In this document: in pieces, positions 48,370 to 58,525 of the stretch
Layout of the letters: each line of letters starts with the position of its first letter
Position numbering within the stretch: position 1 is the first letter of the stretch
From: Macrostomum lignano
Taxonomy: Eukaryota
NCBI GenBank assembly: GCA_002269645.1
Contig: NIVC01000219.1
Location: 348,262-412,261, forward strand
Length of the DNA stretch: 64,000 nucleotides
Direction: 5' to 3'
Translations under genes and position numbers: made by a program
Notes under the pieces: generated by a model
What the model was told of the DNA's origin: nothing
The model's input: only the letters and a program-made list of their open reading frames with translations
Database searches by the model: none

Positions 48370-49573
48370 TCACTCATCGCTAACTATTTGCTCATGTCGG
48401 ACCTCTGACACCTCGTGAGGCTCAACTTCCGTGTGCATCTCCTGCTGCTCCTCCTTCTTCTTTCGCCTCCTCTGCTTCTGGTCTCGCTCGTCCGCCGGAA
48501 TCGAACCCCGCACTGCAGCCTTCGACACTACAAAAGCGTCTGGTCGCGAGTTCAACGAGTGCATGCTGGGCCTCGCGCGCGGCTCCGCCAGCTGCTCCAG
48601 CCGCTCCGAAGCCACCCACAGCAGTGCCGACTGGGGCACCTGGCTTCCAGGGTCCGCGGCCTGAGTGCGGCAAGAGCCAAGGGACAGTTATTTGATCTGT
48701 CCTGTCTATCTCTAGCTGACCGCTGATTGGCTGATACTCGAATCGCAGCTCTCAATGTCACCAGTTTCCCTGTCTATCCCTAGCTGACAGCTGATTGGCT
48801 GATAAGCGAATCGCAGCTCTCAGTGTCACCAGTTTCCCTGTCTATCCCTAGCTGACCGCTGATTGGCTGATAAGCGAATCGCAGCTCTCAGTGTCACCAG
48901 TTCCCTGTCTATCCCTAGCTGACAGCTGATTGGCTGATAAGCGAATCGCAGCTCTCAGTGTCACCAGTATTCCTGTCTATCCCTAGCTGAGCGCTGATTG
49001 GCTAGCCCATTTGTCACTATTTGTCACTATTTGTCACTCTCGAATAATTGACGAACCTGAAATTCGAAGCCCACTGGAAGAGGCTTTGGCAAACTCAGCC
49101 GCTCCATTCGCACCGAAAAAAAATGATGATGCTGCTGCTGCTGCTGACTTGAAGCAGACAGAGAAGCAGCTCTTCGACACCACTGCCATTCCGACTCAGC
49201 GGCCACATCGTCTTGACAGTTCGGCAGCCGCCGCTGTCTCCGCGGCGGAGCAGTGGCCAGGCGCGCCAGACGCTCCATTGAAGGCCCGGAGCAGCTGCTG
49301 CTGGTGCCGATGCCTCTCCGAGACGTCCTTCCTTCTGGTGGCTGCGGAGTCGGTCGTGGCTGACTCAGCTCGAGGATTCTGTCACTGACTGGACTCAACC
49401 GACGATCAACCCCCTTGCTGGGTGATTTCTGCTCGCCGCTGCCCCGCCTGCGGCGCTGTCTCGGCCGGCTGAGCTCGAGCACTCGAGACGGACAGCTGGC
49501 CGAGAGAGCGGCCGGCGGCACCGGCCAGATTGGATCGGGGGTGCCGCAGGAGTACAGATGAAGGTCGCGGTAG
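48370..49573 (-). CDS. THEG-repeat (SPMAP2/THEG-like) protein, last two exons; 5' exon(s) not resolved
   Basis: Exons 49573-49057 and 48660-48370 with phase-consistent GT-AG. Repeats DPIWPVPPAALSASCPSRVLELSRPR, SDRILELSQPR, RMERLSLPKPLP, WVASERLEQLAEPRAR..FVVSKAA match the THEG pattern (W.Vs.aAl.a..S.R..eLa.Pk) from memory. Confidence 0.75.
48697..49005. repeat. About 68-bp tandem repeat x 4.5, THEG-like intron
   Basis: Unit CCCTGTCTATCCCTAGCTGACAGCTGATTGGCTGATAAGCGAATCGCAGCTCTCAGTGTCACCAGTTT. Confidence 0.9.
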
Positions 49574-50053
49574 CTGAGATATGCGGATGACAAGTTGACT
49601 GTTTGGTGGGTGACTTTGCGGAATGAAGGAGACAGAATGCAAGTTTGTATAATGAAGTTAACAATAATGATAATGATTAAATCGCAGGAAGGTTGGGTTG
49701 CGGGCACCTACAAGTGCGCCGAAACTTTACTCAGGCACAGGATGTCCTGACTTTCTAAATGTCAGACAAGCTGGTCCCGCAAAGGATTGACGCAATTTTG
49801 ACGCATGACGTCTTATGACAGCTTTATAAAATTTTAGCTCGTGAATTAATTGCTGTCGTCAACTGGTTGAGCAACAGGAGCAGGTGAAACTAATATTGAC
49901 TTAGCCCAAGTATATAAAAGAAGTTGTAGACATGGAGCAAGAACATGAATAAGAAAAATTGCAGCTCAATAAGAGCTCATTGAGGCCAGACACTGGCTTT
50001 CTTTTAGCAGTGCTTCAAGTGCCGCCCGTGCGCTTCGAAGCTCGGAGGCGGGG

Positions 50054-51600
50054 TTGTTGCTCGTCACGGATGTTCGACTGCCGACCGAAGTGAAGCCTCT
50101 GCACTACAATGTCACCCTGGCGCCCTACATCTACGGTAGTAATGCATCAGAGTTCTACTTCACCAGCTCCATGCAGGTGGGGCTCAGCATCGAAAACTCA
50201 ACCAGAAACATCAAGCTGCACTCAGCCAGGACCATCAAACTCACCCCTGCGGACTTTCGAGTCTTTGACAGCACCTCGAACAAGAGCTACGCCATCGCCA
50301 GCCTACGCCTACGCCCGGTTCAAAGCTCCGCTTCGATCTGATCTGCGAGGCTTGTACCTGATCTCGTACACCGAGAACGGAACTACAAAGTACCTGGCCA
50401 CCTCTCACAGCTGCAACCGACTGACGCAAGAAAGCCGTTTCCGTGTTTCGACGAGCCGGAATTCAAGACCAGGTTCGACCGGAGCCTGGGGAACCAATGG
50501 GCAGGCGCGTCTCCGTCGTGAGATCTGCTCCCCTCCCCAAACGGACCGTTCCGGCTCGCTCCCCAGCAAGAACAGTGCCCAGCCCAACCATTACCGGCCG
50601 CCCTGGTCCTCCTTCTCTGCTTGGAGCCGGCATTGAACCCAACCCAGGGCCCTGGCCCTGCGGAACTTGTAAGAAAGACTTCGGCAAATACAGTGGCTCC
50701 GTGCTGTGCAAGCAGTGGCACCACCTAAAATGCACCAACTCTGACCAGGCTCACCGAATGGACTAACAGTTTTCGGTGCAGCAGCTGCAAACCTGCCATG
50801 CGTCCAACGGCCGGTGTCCACCTCATCAGTAACTCCCCGCTCACCAGCGTTTCCTCTACGCCAGCACTGGGAGATGGATGCCCAGTTCGTGGCATCGGAT
50901 CAGTGCACTCCCCAGCAGATCAGTTCCATCGGTAAGGACGTTACATGTACCCACATGTATTACAAAGCAGCATTCTTAACATGCTTCACGGCTTCGTCGG
51001 TGACGAGGTCTTTCGCAAAGGTGTCGGAAACTACCTGCGTCAGAACAGCTACGGAAACAAATTCCACACCGCTCTCTATGACAGTCTGACCCGGCAGTAC
51101 TCCGAGTCCACAAACAAGTCTCTCGACGTCGGCTCAGTGATGGATCGCTGGATCAAGCAGATGGCTACCCCGTGCTCAACTGTTTCGTCACTGCGACTGG
51201 ACGTCTCACACTGACGCAGAACCACTTTCTCTGGAATGCCAGTCAAGTTCCGAGCTACCTGAGCGACTACAACTACACGTGGATCATCCCTGTCACCATG
51301 GGAACCAAGCGGAACCTCACCTCGGGAACTCCTGAGGACGTGTCGGGCTTTGTGAACTGGATGACCGAGAAGGAGCAGTCCTTCGAACTCGACAGCTCGG
51401 CCGATTGGTATCTGCTCAACCTTCGCTCGTCCGGCTTCTACAGAGTGAACTACGACTTGGACAACTGGAAGCGGCTCATCGATCAGCTGGTCTCGAATCA
51501 CACGGTGTTCAGTCCGCAGGACAGGGCTCGTCTGCTCGATGACAGCTTCGCTCTGGCCAGTGCCGGCTATCTGGACTACAGCATCCCGCTCAACATGTCC
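50054..51600 (+). pseudogene. Aminopeptidase N (M1 family) pseudogene lacking the GAMEN/HEXXH core
   Basis: N-terminal [29 protein letters not shown], frameshifted [29 protein letters not shown] (ends about 50472). Resumes about 50860 with MDA..TPQQISSI, SILNMLHGFVGDEVFRKGV, MDRWIKQM, YNYTWIIPVT, SGFYRVNYD..W..L..QL..NH..DRARLLDDSF. Multiple frameshifts. Confidence 0.85.
50480..50800 (+). mobile_element. Non-LTR (LINE) 5' fragment: 2A-like peptide + PHD finger
   Basis: AALVLLL (one frameshift) LGAGIEPNPGP-WPCGTCKK..VLC..KQWHHLKC..(frameshift)FRCSSCK. A Leu-rich xxExNPGP followed by a PHD finger is the known N-terminus of several APE-type LINE ORFs. Confidence 0.7.
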
Positions 51601-52189
51601 CTGAATGGAATTTTCAACCGTCTATTCGATCTTCAAACGAATGCGATTAGGGGGATGAAGTGATATCGGGCCTGAAGGATACTGACCCCTTCAATAGAAA
51701 AGCCATGCGAGAACTTCATCTTGTGGGGGCAGTAAAACAGCTCAAAACAGCTGGTTCTCAATAAAAGTTTCATGCAGTTTGGAACTTGTCAATGTTTGCA
51801 CAAACGTCAATTGAATAATCCGGTCTTGACTATTTGAACTCACAGAGCCTTGTGAAATGCCGCGAAATCCTTGGGTTTGGCCAGCTGCTCAATCCGACTG
51901 CTCAGTCGAGTTTCGCCGAGCAGCAGCGATCTTGGCGAGATGGGGAACAGCGGCTGCTGGTTGCCCCACTGCACCGCGGCCGCTCTGGACCTGCAGTGCG
52001 CGTTGTCAGACTGGGGACCTTGAGGGACTTGGCTGGGAAGTCACAGATAGGATTTAAATGCCCTGCTAATGCATGCAGCCGCATGAGATGAACATTTTGA
52101 TGTCAAGGGCGACTTAAGAGCAACAGAATGTGGCTGGTATGACTTCTGACTGCTGGGTTGGGATCCACATGAAGCTACTGGGATGGAAT

Positions 52190-52600
52190 CTGATTGATGG
52201 GTGGGATCTGGTTAATGGGATGGGATGAGATGGGATGTGATGGGATAAGTTACGAGATGTGATGGGATGTGATAGGATAAGTTACGGAATGTGATAGTAT
52301 GTGAAGGGATGGGATAAGTTACGGGATTTGATGGAATGGGACGTGATGGGATAAGTTACGAGATGTGCGAGATGTGATGGGATATGCGATGTGATAGAAT
52401 AAGTTAGGGTATGGGATGTGATGTGATGGGATGTGATGTGATGGGATGGGATGTGATGTGATGGGATGTGATGTGATGGGATGTGATGGGATGTGATAGA
52501 ATACATGCAAGTTAGGGGATGGGATGGGATGTGATGTCATGGGATGAGATGTGATGGGATGTGATGGGATGGATGTGATGCTATGGGATGAGATAGGGTG
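52190..52600. repeat. Degenerate pentamer repeat (GGGAT/GTGAT)
   Basis: Direct inspection. Confidence 0.9.
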
Positions 52601-53169
52601 AGATGAAATCTGGCATTTCTGACTTCGCAGACGCATAACTCACAAATTGTCGCACTGCATGTAGGCCCCAGCCGGTAGAGTCCAATAGTTGCTATGGTAA
52701 CGACTTTTAGACATTTTTCGGACAACTGCATGAAAAAGAATGCCCAACAGACAGAGACGCTGCAACTCAGTTTATCGCGTATAAATGCAGCAGTCTGTGA
52801 CTGTGAGTTTCCATGGAGATCTATCCAGTATTCCTCAACACAGTCTGAATATTTCACCCACTGAGCCTCACACAAATAAAAGCTGATCTGCAATATTAAT
52901 GAGTCACAGTGCGACACAAGCAGGGCTGATTTTATTTATTTATTCACCTAGATTATCCGTGTCTGCTCAACGACAAGAGCAGCTAGTTAAACAATATATT
53001 TAAAATTATCATAGCAAGCAAAGCAAAACATAATATTAGATAAGTTAATTAAAATAAAATCTGAGGACTGCACTTACCTAGCAATAAATGGTTCATGGAA
53101 TTTGGCAATTGGCATTAGTCTCTTATGGGAAAGGGGTTGCCTGGACAAGAGATGAACAAAATGATTCTG

Positions 53170-53810
53170 CTAATCTAAGGACACAAATCTGCCGATTAGA
53201 CACAAATCTGCCGATCTAAGGACACAAATCTGCCGATTAGACACAAATCTGCCGATCTAAGGACACAAATCTGCCGATTAGACACAAATCTGCCGATCTA
53301 AGGACACAAATCTGCCGATTAGACACAAATCTGCCGATCTAAGGACACAAATCTGCCGATTAGACACAAATCTGCCGATCTAAGGACACAAATCTGCTAA
53401 TCTAAGGACACAAATCTGCTAATCTAAGGACACAAATCTGCCAATCTAAAGGCACAAATCTGCTAATCTAAAGACACAAATCTGCCAATCTAAGGACACA
53501 AATCTGCCAATCTAAGGACACAAATCTGCCAATCTAAGGACACAAATCTGCCAATCTAAGGACACAAATCTGCCAATCTAAGGGCACAAATATGCCAATC
53601 TAAGGACACAAATCTGCCAATCTAAGGACACAAATCTGCCAATCTAAGGACACAAATCTGCCAATCTAAGGACACAAATCTGCCAATCTAAGGACACAAA
53701 TCTGCCAATCTAAGGACACAAATCTGCCAATCTAAGGACACAAATCTGCCAATCTAAGGACACAAATCTGCCAATCTAAGGACACAAATCTACCAATCTA
53801 AGGAGAGAAT
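53170..53810. repeat. 22-bp minisatellite 3' of RNF14-A
   Basis: Unit TAAGGACACAAATCTGCCAATC, with a 42-bp dimeric variant at the left end. Confidence 0.95.
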
Positions 53811-53889
53811 GGTTGCCAACAAAGCAGCCAAGTAAAAGCTTTAGCCGAAAGGAGACACTGCAACAATTTACAAAAGGCAGAAGTTGGCA

Positions 53890-56800
53890 TCACTCATCAT
53901 CAGTCTGCAGGCCATCGAACAGTCTGCCAGCGCAGCCCATAGCGGTGGCCCCGGCAGCGGCAGCGGCGCTCACCCGGAAGTGTCGGTAGGGGTCGAACTG
54001 GTCGAGCAGGGTGGAGCAGAGCCAGCAAAAGTAGGCCTTGCAACTGAAGCAGACCATCTTGTTGCAGCCGGAGATTTTCTGTTAATTGGAAAATTTTCGT
54101 TTGGTAATACTGGGAAATAGCAATAAGATAGTAATGCAGTGGTTACTATATGCTTTGATACATAAATTATACATTGATACATACTTGATGTGGAATCAGA
54201 AACCTCACCTAGCGATACAACCAAAATCTGGCAGCTGGACTACAAAATCTCAAACATAGATTACACAATCTCAAACCTAGATTACACAATCTCAAACCTA
54301 GATTACACAATCTCACACTTAGATTACACAATCTCAAACCTAGATTACCCAATCTCAAACCTAGATTACACAATCTCACACTTAGATTATACAATCTCAC
54401 ACTTAGATTACACAATCTCACACTTAGATTACCCAATTTCACACCTAGATTACAAAATCTCAAACCTAGATTACACAATCTCAAACCTAGATTACACAAT
54501 CTCACACTTAGATTACACAATCTCACACTTAGATTACACAATCTCAAGCCTAGATTACACAATCTCACACTTAGATTACACAATCTCAAACCTAGATTAC
54601 ACAATCTCACACTTAGATTACACAATCTCAAACCTAGATTACACAACCTCACACTTAGATTACACAATCTCAAACCTAGATTACACAATCTCACACTTAG
54701 ATTACCTAATCTCCCACTTATATTACACAATCTCAAACCTACATTACACAATCTCACACTTAGATTACACAATCTCAAACCTAGATTACACAATCTCACA
54801 CTTAGCTTACACAATCTCAAACCTAGATTACACAACCTCACACTTAGATTACACAATCTCAAACCTAGATTACACAATCTCACACTTAGATTACCTAATC
54901 TCCCACTTATATTACACAATCTCAAACCTACATTACACAATGTCAAACCTAGATTACACAATCTCAAACCTAGATTACACAATCTCAAACCTAGATTACA
55001 CAATCTCACACTTATATTACCCAATCTCACACCTAGATTACACAATCTCAAACCTAGATTACACAATCTCACACTTATATTACCCAATCTCACACCTAGA
55101 TTACACAATCTCAAACCTAGATTACACAATCTCACACTTAGATAACAAAATCTCATACTTAGATTACAAAATCTCACACAATCGCCCCTAAGGCAATTCA
55201 CTAACCTCAACGTAAGCCTTGCAAGCGGGACATTTCTGCTGCGATTTCATGTAGTCCTGAGTTCGACACTCCTCCTCCAGCGCTCGCAGCCTCTTCAGAC
55301 CGTACCTCTGCTCCATCTTGTACCTCTTGTCTCCGTCTGAGTTCATGTAGGTCTCCATCACCTGCTCAAGACTGGAGCCCCTGATCCGGCAGGGCTCAGT
55401 GCCGTGGTAAGTGGCCCTGCAGAGCTGGCAGTAGGCATGGTAGCACGCTTGGCAATGGGCCAGACACCGGCCCTCTGATGGGTCCACCAGCACAGTGGCC
55501 TGGCAGCGAGGACAAGTGTCCAGTTTGCCCATGGTGCTCAGAGCCGCATCGAACAAGCGCTGCTCATATTTGGCGAATTCTTCGGGCGAAAGAAGGCGCC
55601 TCACTAGGGATGGGTCTGAGAAGGGTAATTGGGGATGGATGCCTCTGTGATTGGCGTCTGAACTGACAGCCAATCAGATTACAGCAGTGTGAAATATGGC
55701 AACCAATCAGATTACACGAGTGTGAAATATGGCAGCCAATCAGATTACAGCAGTGTGGAATATGGCAGCCAATCAGATTACAGCAGTGTGAAATATGGCA
55801 ACCAATCAGATTACACGAGTGTGAAATATGGCAGCCAATCAGATTACAGCAGTGTGGAATATGGCAGCCAATCAGATTACAGCAGTGTGAAATATGGCAA
55901 CCAATCAGATTACAGCAGTGTGAAATATGGCAGTCAATCAGATTACAGCAGTGTGAAATATGGCAGCCAATCAGATTACAGCAGTGTGAAATATGGCAGC
56001 CAATCAGATTACAGCAGTGTGAAATATGGCAGCCAATCAGATTACAGCAGTGTGAAATATGGCAGCCAATCAGATTACAGCAGTGTGAAATATGGCAGCC
56101 AATCAGATTACAGCAGTGTGAAATATGGCAGCCAATCAGATTACAGCAGTGTGGAATATGGCAGCCAATCAGATTACAGCAGTGTGAAATATGGCAACCA
56201 ATCAGATTACACGAGTGTGAAATATGGCAGCCAATCAGATTACAGCAGTGTGAAATATGGCAGCCAATCAGATTACAGCAGTGTGAAATATGGCAGCCAA
56301 TCAGATTACAGCAGTGTGAAATATGGCAGCCAATCAGATTACAGCAGTGTGAAATATGGCAGCCAATCAGATTACAGCAGTGTGAAATATGGCAGCTAAT
56401 CAGATTACAGCAGTGTGAAATATGGCAGCCAATCAGATTACAGCAGTGTGAAATATGGCAGCCAATCAGATTACAGCAGTGTGAAATATGGCAACCAATC
56501 AGATTACACGAGTGTGAAATATGGCAACCAATCAGATTGAAACACACTACCAGAGTGACCATCAGCGCTCACCAGCAGGAGGCTGCTCCTTCCCGCTGCA
56601 CTGCAGACAGCCCAATCTGTCCGGTCGGTCTGCTTCTAGAAGAGCCCGAAACGCGGCAGCAACGCAGGAGTCGCAGAACGCGTGACCGCAGTGGCGGAAC
56701 ATCACGCAGGAGGTGCCGGGCTTCAAGGACACGCACACCGGGCACTCGTGAAAACTCCTCTGAAACTCTCGGTGCCGCTCGTCAGCATCAACGGCTAGGA

Positions 56801-57311
56801 TTTCCTGCTCAACCTCTTTCGCCGACCTGGCCGTCTGAGTCACCGAGAAGCTGCTGTTGATGTTCAGGATGGCGTCTTCCGTGCGCCAGTCCGCACCGAG
56901 CCTGAGCTCGTCTCCCAGCTGCAGGAAGTCCCACAGCTCCCGTTCGAGAAATTCGAACCAGAACCAGAGCACCGGCTCGGCCGCTCTCTCCGCCGCCAGC
57001 TCAACCAACCGGTTGCCAATGGCAACCAACTGCTGGCGACTCAGCCAGCTGCAGCTCAGCCCGAAGCTCGGCCTGCCATCAGCCTCGGGATAGCCCGATG
57101 GCAGCTGGAAATCCAGCACCAGCCGCGGCAGGAACTGCAGCCGGTGCTGCTGGCCGCCGTTCTCCCCAGCGCACAGCAGGAGGCCCGACTCGGGGATTCG
57201 AACCCGGGCCCGGAATGTGCCGCAACGAGAGGGCAGGTCCTTCTGCAGCTGGTCGCTGGAGTAGAAGCTGTCCAGCATCTCGAACTCCTCGGCGAGGGGG
57301 TCTTCGCTCAT
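53890..57311 (-). CDS. RNF14: RNF14 (ARA54)-like RBR E3 ubiquitin ligase, copy A (445 aa): RWD-RING1-IBR-RING2
   Basis: Exons 57311-56573, 55615-55206, 54078-53890 (1338 nt). RWD LQFLPRLVLDFQLPSGYP..SCSWLS..VLWFWFEFL; RING1 CPVC..CGHAFCDSC..CLQC; IBR CPRC..CQAC..AYCQLC..YHG..C; RING2 KCPAC..KISGCNKMVCFSCKAYFCWLC..DPYRHF. Confidence 0.92.
54235..55190. repeat. 21-bp minisatellite, RNF14-A intron 2
   Basis: Unit AGATTACACAATCTC(AAACCT/ACACTT). Confidence 0.95.
55665..56540. repeat. 33-bp minisatellite (about 26 copies), RNF14-A intron 1
   Basis: Unit AATCAGATTACAGCAGTGTGAAATATGGCAGCC. Confidence 0.95.
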
Positions 57312-57321
57312 GCGGCTGCAG

Positions 57322-57860
57322 TTTTTATGGACTGTTTATGAAAGTCTGTGGTGTTTATGAGAGTCTGTGGTGTTTATGAGAGTCTGTGGTGTTTATGAGA
57401 GTCTGTGGTGTTTATGAGAGTCTGTGGTGTTTATGAGAGTCTGTGGTGTTTATGAGAGTCTGTGGTGTTTATGAGAGTCTGTGGTGTTTATGAGAGTCTG
57501 TGGTGTTTATGAGAGTCTGTGGTGTTTATGGACTGTTTATGAGAGTCTGTGGTGTTTAAGGACTGTGTATATAAGAGTCTGTGGTGTTTATGAGAGTTTG
57601 TGGTGTTTAAGGACTGTTTATATAAGAGTCTGTGGTGTTTATGAGAGTCTGTGGTGTTTATGAGAGTCTGTGGTGCTTATGAGAGTCTGTGGTGTTTATG
57701 GACTGTTTATGAGAGTCTGTGGTGTTTATGGACTGTTTATGAGAGTCTGTGGTGTTTATGGACTGTTTATGAGAGTCTGTGGCGTTTATGGACTGTTTAT
57801 GAGAGTATGTGGTGTTTATGGAATGTTTATGAGAGTCTGTAATGTTTATGGGTTGTTTCT
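57322..57860. repeat. 19-bp minisatellite directly upstream of the RNF14-A ATG
   Basis: Unit TTATGAGAGTCTGTGGTGT with GGACTGT variants. Confidence 0.95.
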
Positions 57861-58140
57861 GAGAGTCCGTGGTATTTACTGGCCTGTTTATGCGATTCTG
57901 AGATGTATCATAGGATTTTGTGAAATTTATCATTAGATGCAGCTTACGCTTATAAATTAATTATTTTGTATACAGAGGAATAAAGGCACAAGTGGACACT
58001 GCACTTAAGTGCAGCGCAAAACTAAGAAAAAATAAAAAATCGATATTTTTATATGAAATACTGTAGAGGAAAATATTGTGAAAGAACTGAGTACCGATAC
58101 GTTCATCTAGCATTTCACTCTGCATAGCCTTCATAACCCT

Positions 58141-58320
58141 AATGTACATCTAGCAATAAATTCTGCCTAAACCAAATGTACATCTAGCAATAAATTCTGC
58201 CTAACCCCAATGTACATCTAGCAATAAATTCTGCCTAACCCCAATGTACATCTAGCAATAAATTCTGCCTAACCTCAATGTACATCTAGCAATAAATTCT
58301 GCCTAACCCCAATGTACATT
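58141..58320. repeat. 34-bp tandem repeat x 5
   Basis: Unit AATGTACATCTAGCAATAAATTCTGCCTAACCCC. Confidence 0.9.
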
Positions 58321-58525
58321 GAGCATGCCACATTGCACCACCTACTATGCAGAACAATACACATAAGTCAATAAAAGTACAATGAAAACAAATATCACAC
58401 CACATAGTAATTGCAGGATGGAATATGTACAGGCGTATATAATTAATGAACCAATCATAAGTCAAGGCACAAGTATTGAGTAAAATAAAACTCTATCCAT
58501 ACAAATCATTAAACAATCACGCCAG

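Noticed and set aside
50054-51600. APN remnant as a processed retrocopy made by LINE template switching
   Set aside because: It begins after an acceptor-like ttttag and has a donor-like gtaagg at about 50931, so it appears to derive from an intron-containing gene.
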